From Escherichia phage AV101, in the sequence record OQ973471.1: a DNA stretch of 64,000 nucleotides. The stretch is one strand, 5' to 3'. Below are positions 62,890-64,000 of the stretch, one piece after another (the first letter of the stretch is position 1; every line of letters starts with the position of its first letter). A program made the translations under genes and the position numbers. The notes under the pieces are model-generated. The model was not told the DNA's origin. It saw only the letters and a list, made by a program, of their open reading frames with translations, and made no database searches.

Positions 62890-63763
62890 ATAGTGCGGTG
62901 GTCTTGAGTACACCGCAACTTAATTTAAGGTTTTGTCAATAACGGGTTACAAAGTATAGTTAACCTACTGAACGAAAAGCTGTTTGGGCATTAGACAAAC
63001 ACTTCGATGTGAACCCAGGACATGGCGTCTTGTGCTCAAATAGGTTTTCGTTTTCGTTGTGCGTGACTTTGCGGGTTTTTAGAAACTGACCAAGCAAATA
63101 ACTGCTAATGATTCCGAAGTTCTGATGGCGGCGTAACAGCCTATAAGTCAGTGAGGTCTTCCGATTCCTCATCACCAAATTCGGCGCACTAAAATAGACG
63201 GGAGGGTGTGATTAATAATCTCCCGTCGACAATGCCGTTATATCTGACTGCCCAAAGGGGATAAGCTCCTGAGTAAGCAGAGGTGGGTTGCCTAAGTCAG
63301 ATGGGATGTAAGGTCAGCGCTGGCCGAGCATTTGGGTTCGACTCCCTAAAACGGCACCACATCTTTGAGGATATTCTCACGAGTATCTTGAAAGATGTGA
63401 GCGAAGTCTTGCCATCAGCCCTGATCCCTGGCAGGTGAAGGGCACACAAATCGAAGTGCCTTGACAATTTATCTTAAACCCAAAGGTTGATCTACAAATT
63501 GGACGGCCAATCCGGTGGACGATAACAGCATATTGGGCTATACTGTTGAGTCAGGGCACTTCGATTTGTGAACTTGAGAGAGCATTGGGTGAAATAGACC
63601 ATGCCTTGCAGATTGCGATGCCTACACATTCCGGACACTGGTGGGCACCAAGAAGAACTCAGTAGCAGACGAGCCATCAGGGTTAGCTACCCGGCGCGGC
63701 GAGGACTGGGAGGCCGAACTAAGGGGAAACCCGAGACAGGCGTAGTATTCTCAAGTTCACAAA
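62890..63763 (+). ncRNA. candidate structured RNA locus
   Basis: About 870 nt without credible ORFs; 16-nt and 12-nt exact long-range complements; tRNA-like 3' end at 63332-63359. Confidence 0.25.
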
Positions 63764-63973
63764 ATGAAGAGCATTAAAGAACTCGCAAAGGACCTGAAAT
63801 TGGTATCCCTGGCTTGTACCACTGAGTGTTCTTCATCTTTGGGTGATTCTATGTTGCCGGGCTATCAACCCATGCTTGCTGGAGCAACCAGCGGCTCTGA
63901 ATCAACCAGCCAGTCTCGTTTGGTCCGAGCGTTAGAGGACAAGTTGCTTCTACATGGAAGCTGCGAGTTGTAA
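63764..63973 (+). CDS. hypothetical protein (doubtful)
   Basis: 69-aa ORF with ATG start but no recognisable RBS. Confidence 0.2.
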   Translation: MKSIKELAKDLKLVSLACTTECSSSLGDSMLPGYQPMLAGATSGSESTSQSRLVRALEDKLLLHGSCEL

Positions 63974-64000
63974 CATTTGGTTGCAACTTTGATGGCTCTG

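Noticed and set aside
63764-63973. 69-aa plus-strand ORF as a confident gene
   Set aside because: No ribosome-binding site and it lies within the structured region; kept only as a low-confidence feature.

Overview
This window reads as a T4-like myovirus genome segment with Ackermannviridae-type tailspikes; nearly all genes are on the minus strand. All calls are from reading the sequence and ORF translations by eye, with no searches run. From low to high coordinates: an accessory block of small proteins, a vWA-domain protein and an ACP-like protein; a two-gene NAD+ salvage operon (PRPP-synthetase-like plus Nampt-like); a T4-like replication/recombination module (RegA, clamp loader gp62/gp44, sliding clamp gp45, UvsW-like helicase, PD-(D/E)XK nuclease, UvsY-like); a T4-ordered morphogenesis block (major capsid, scaffold, prohead protease, portal, tail tube, tail sheath, large terminase, small terminase, neck proteins); a 1612-aa structural protein; four consecutive tailspike genes sharing an N-terminal module; tail-fibre and baseplate genes; and a right-hand end of about 1.8 kb with little coding and strong predicted RNA structure. 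Three free-standing homing endonucleases of different families are inserted, and the large terminase carries a 159-aa mini-intein in its P-loop. The most promising candidates for something new are the NAD+ operon with its neighbouring uncharacterised 672-aa protein, the ACP-like protein lacking the phosphopantetheine serine, a SLOG-like nucleotide-binding protein, and the structured non-coding locus at the right end.
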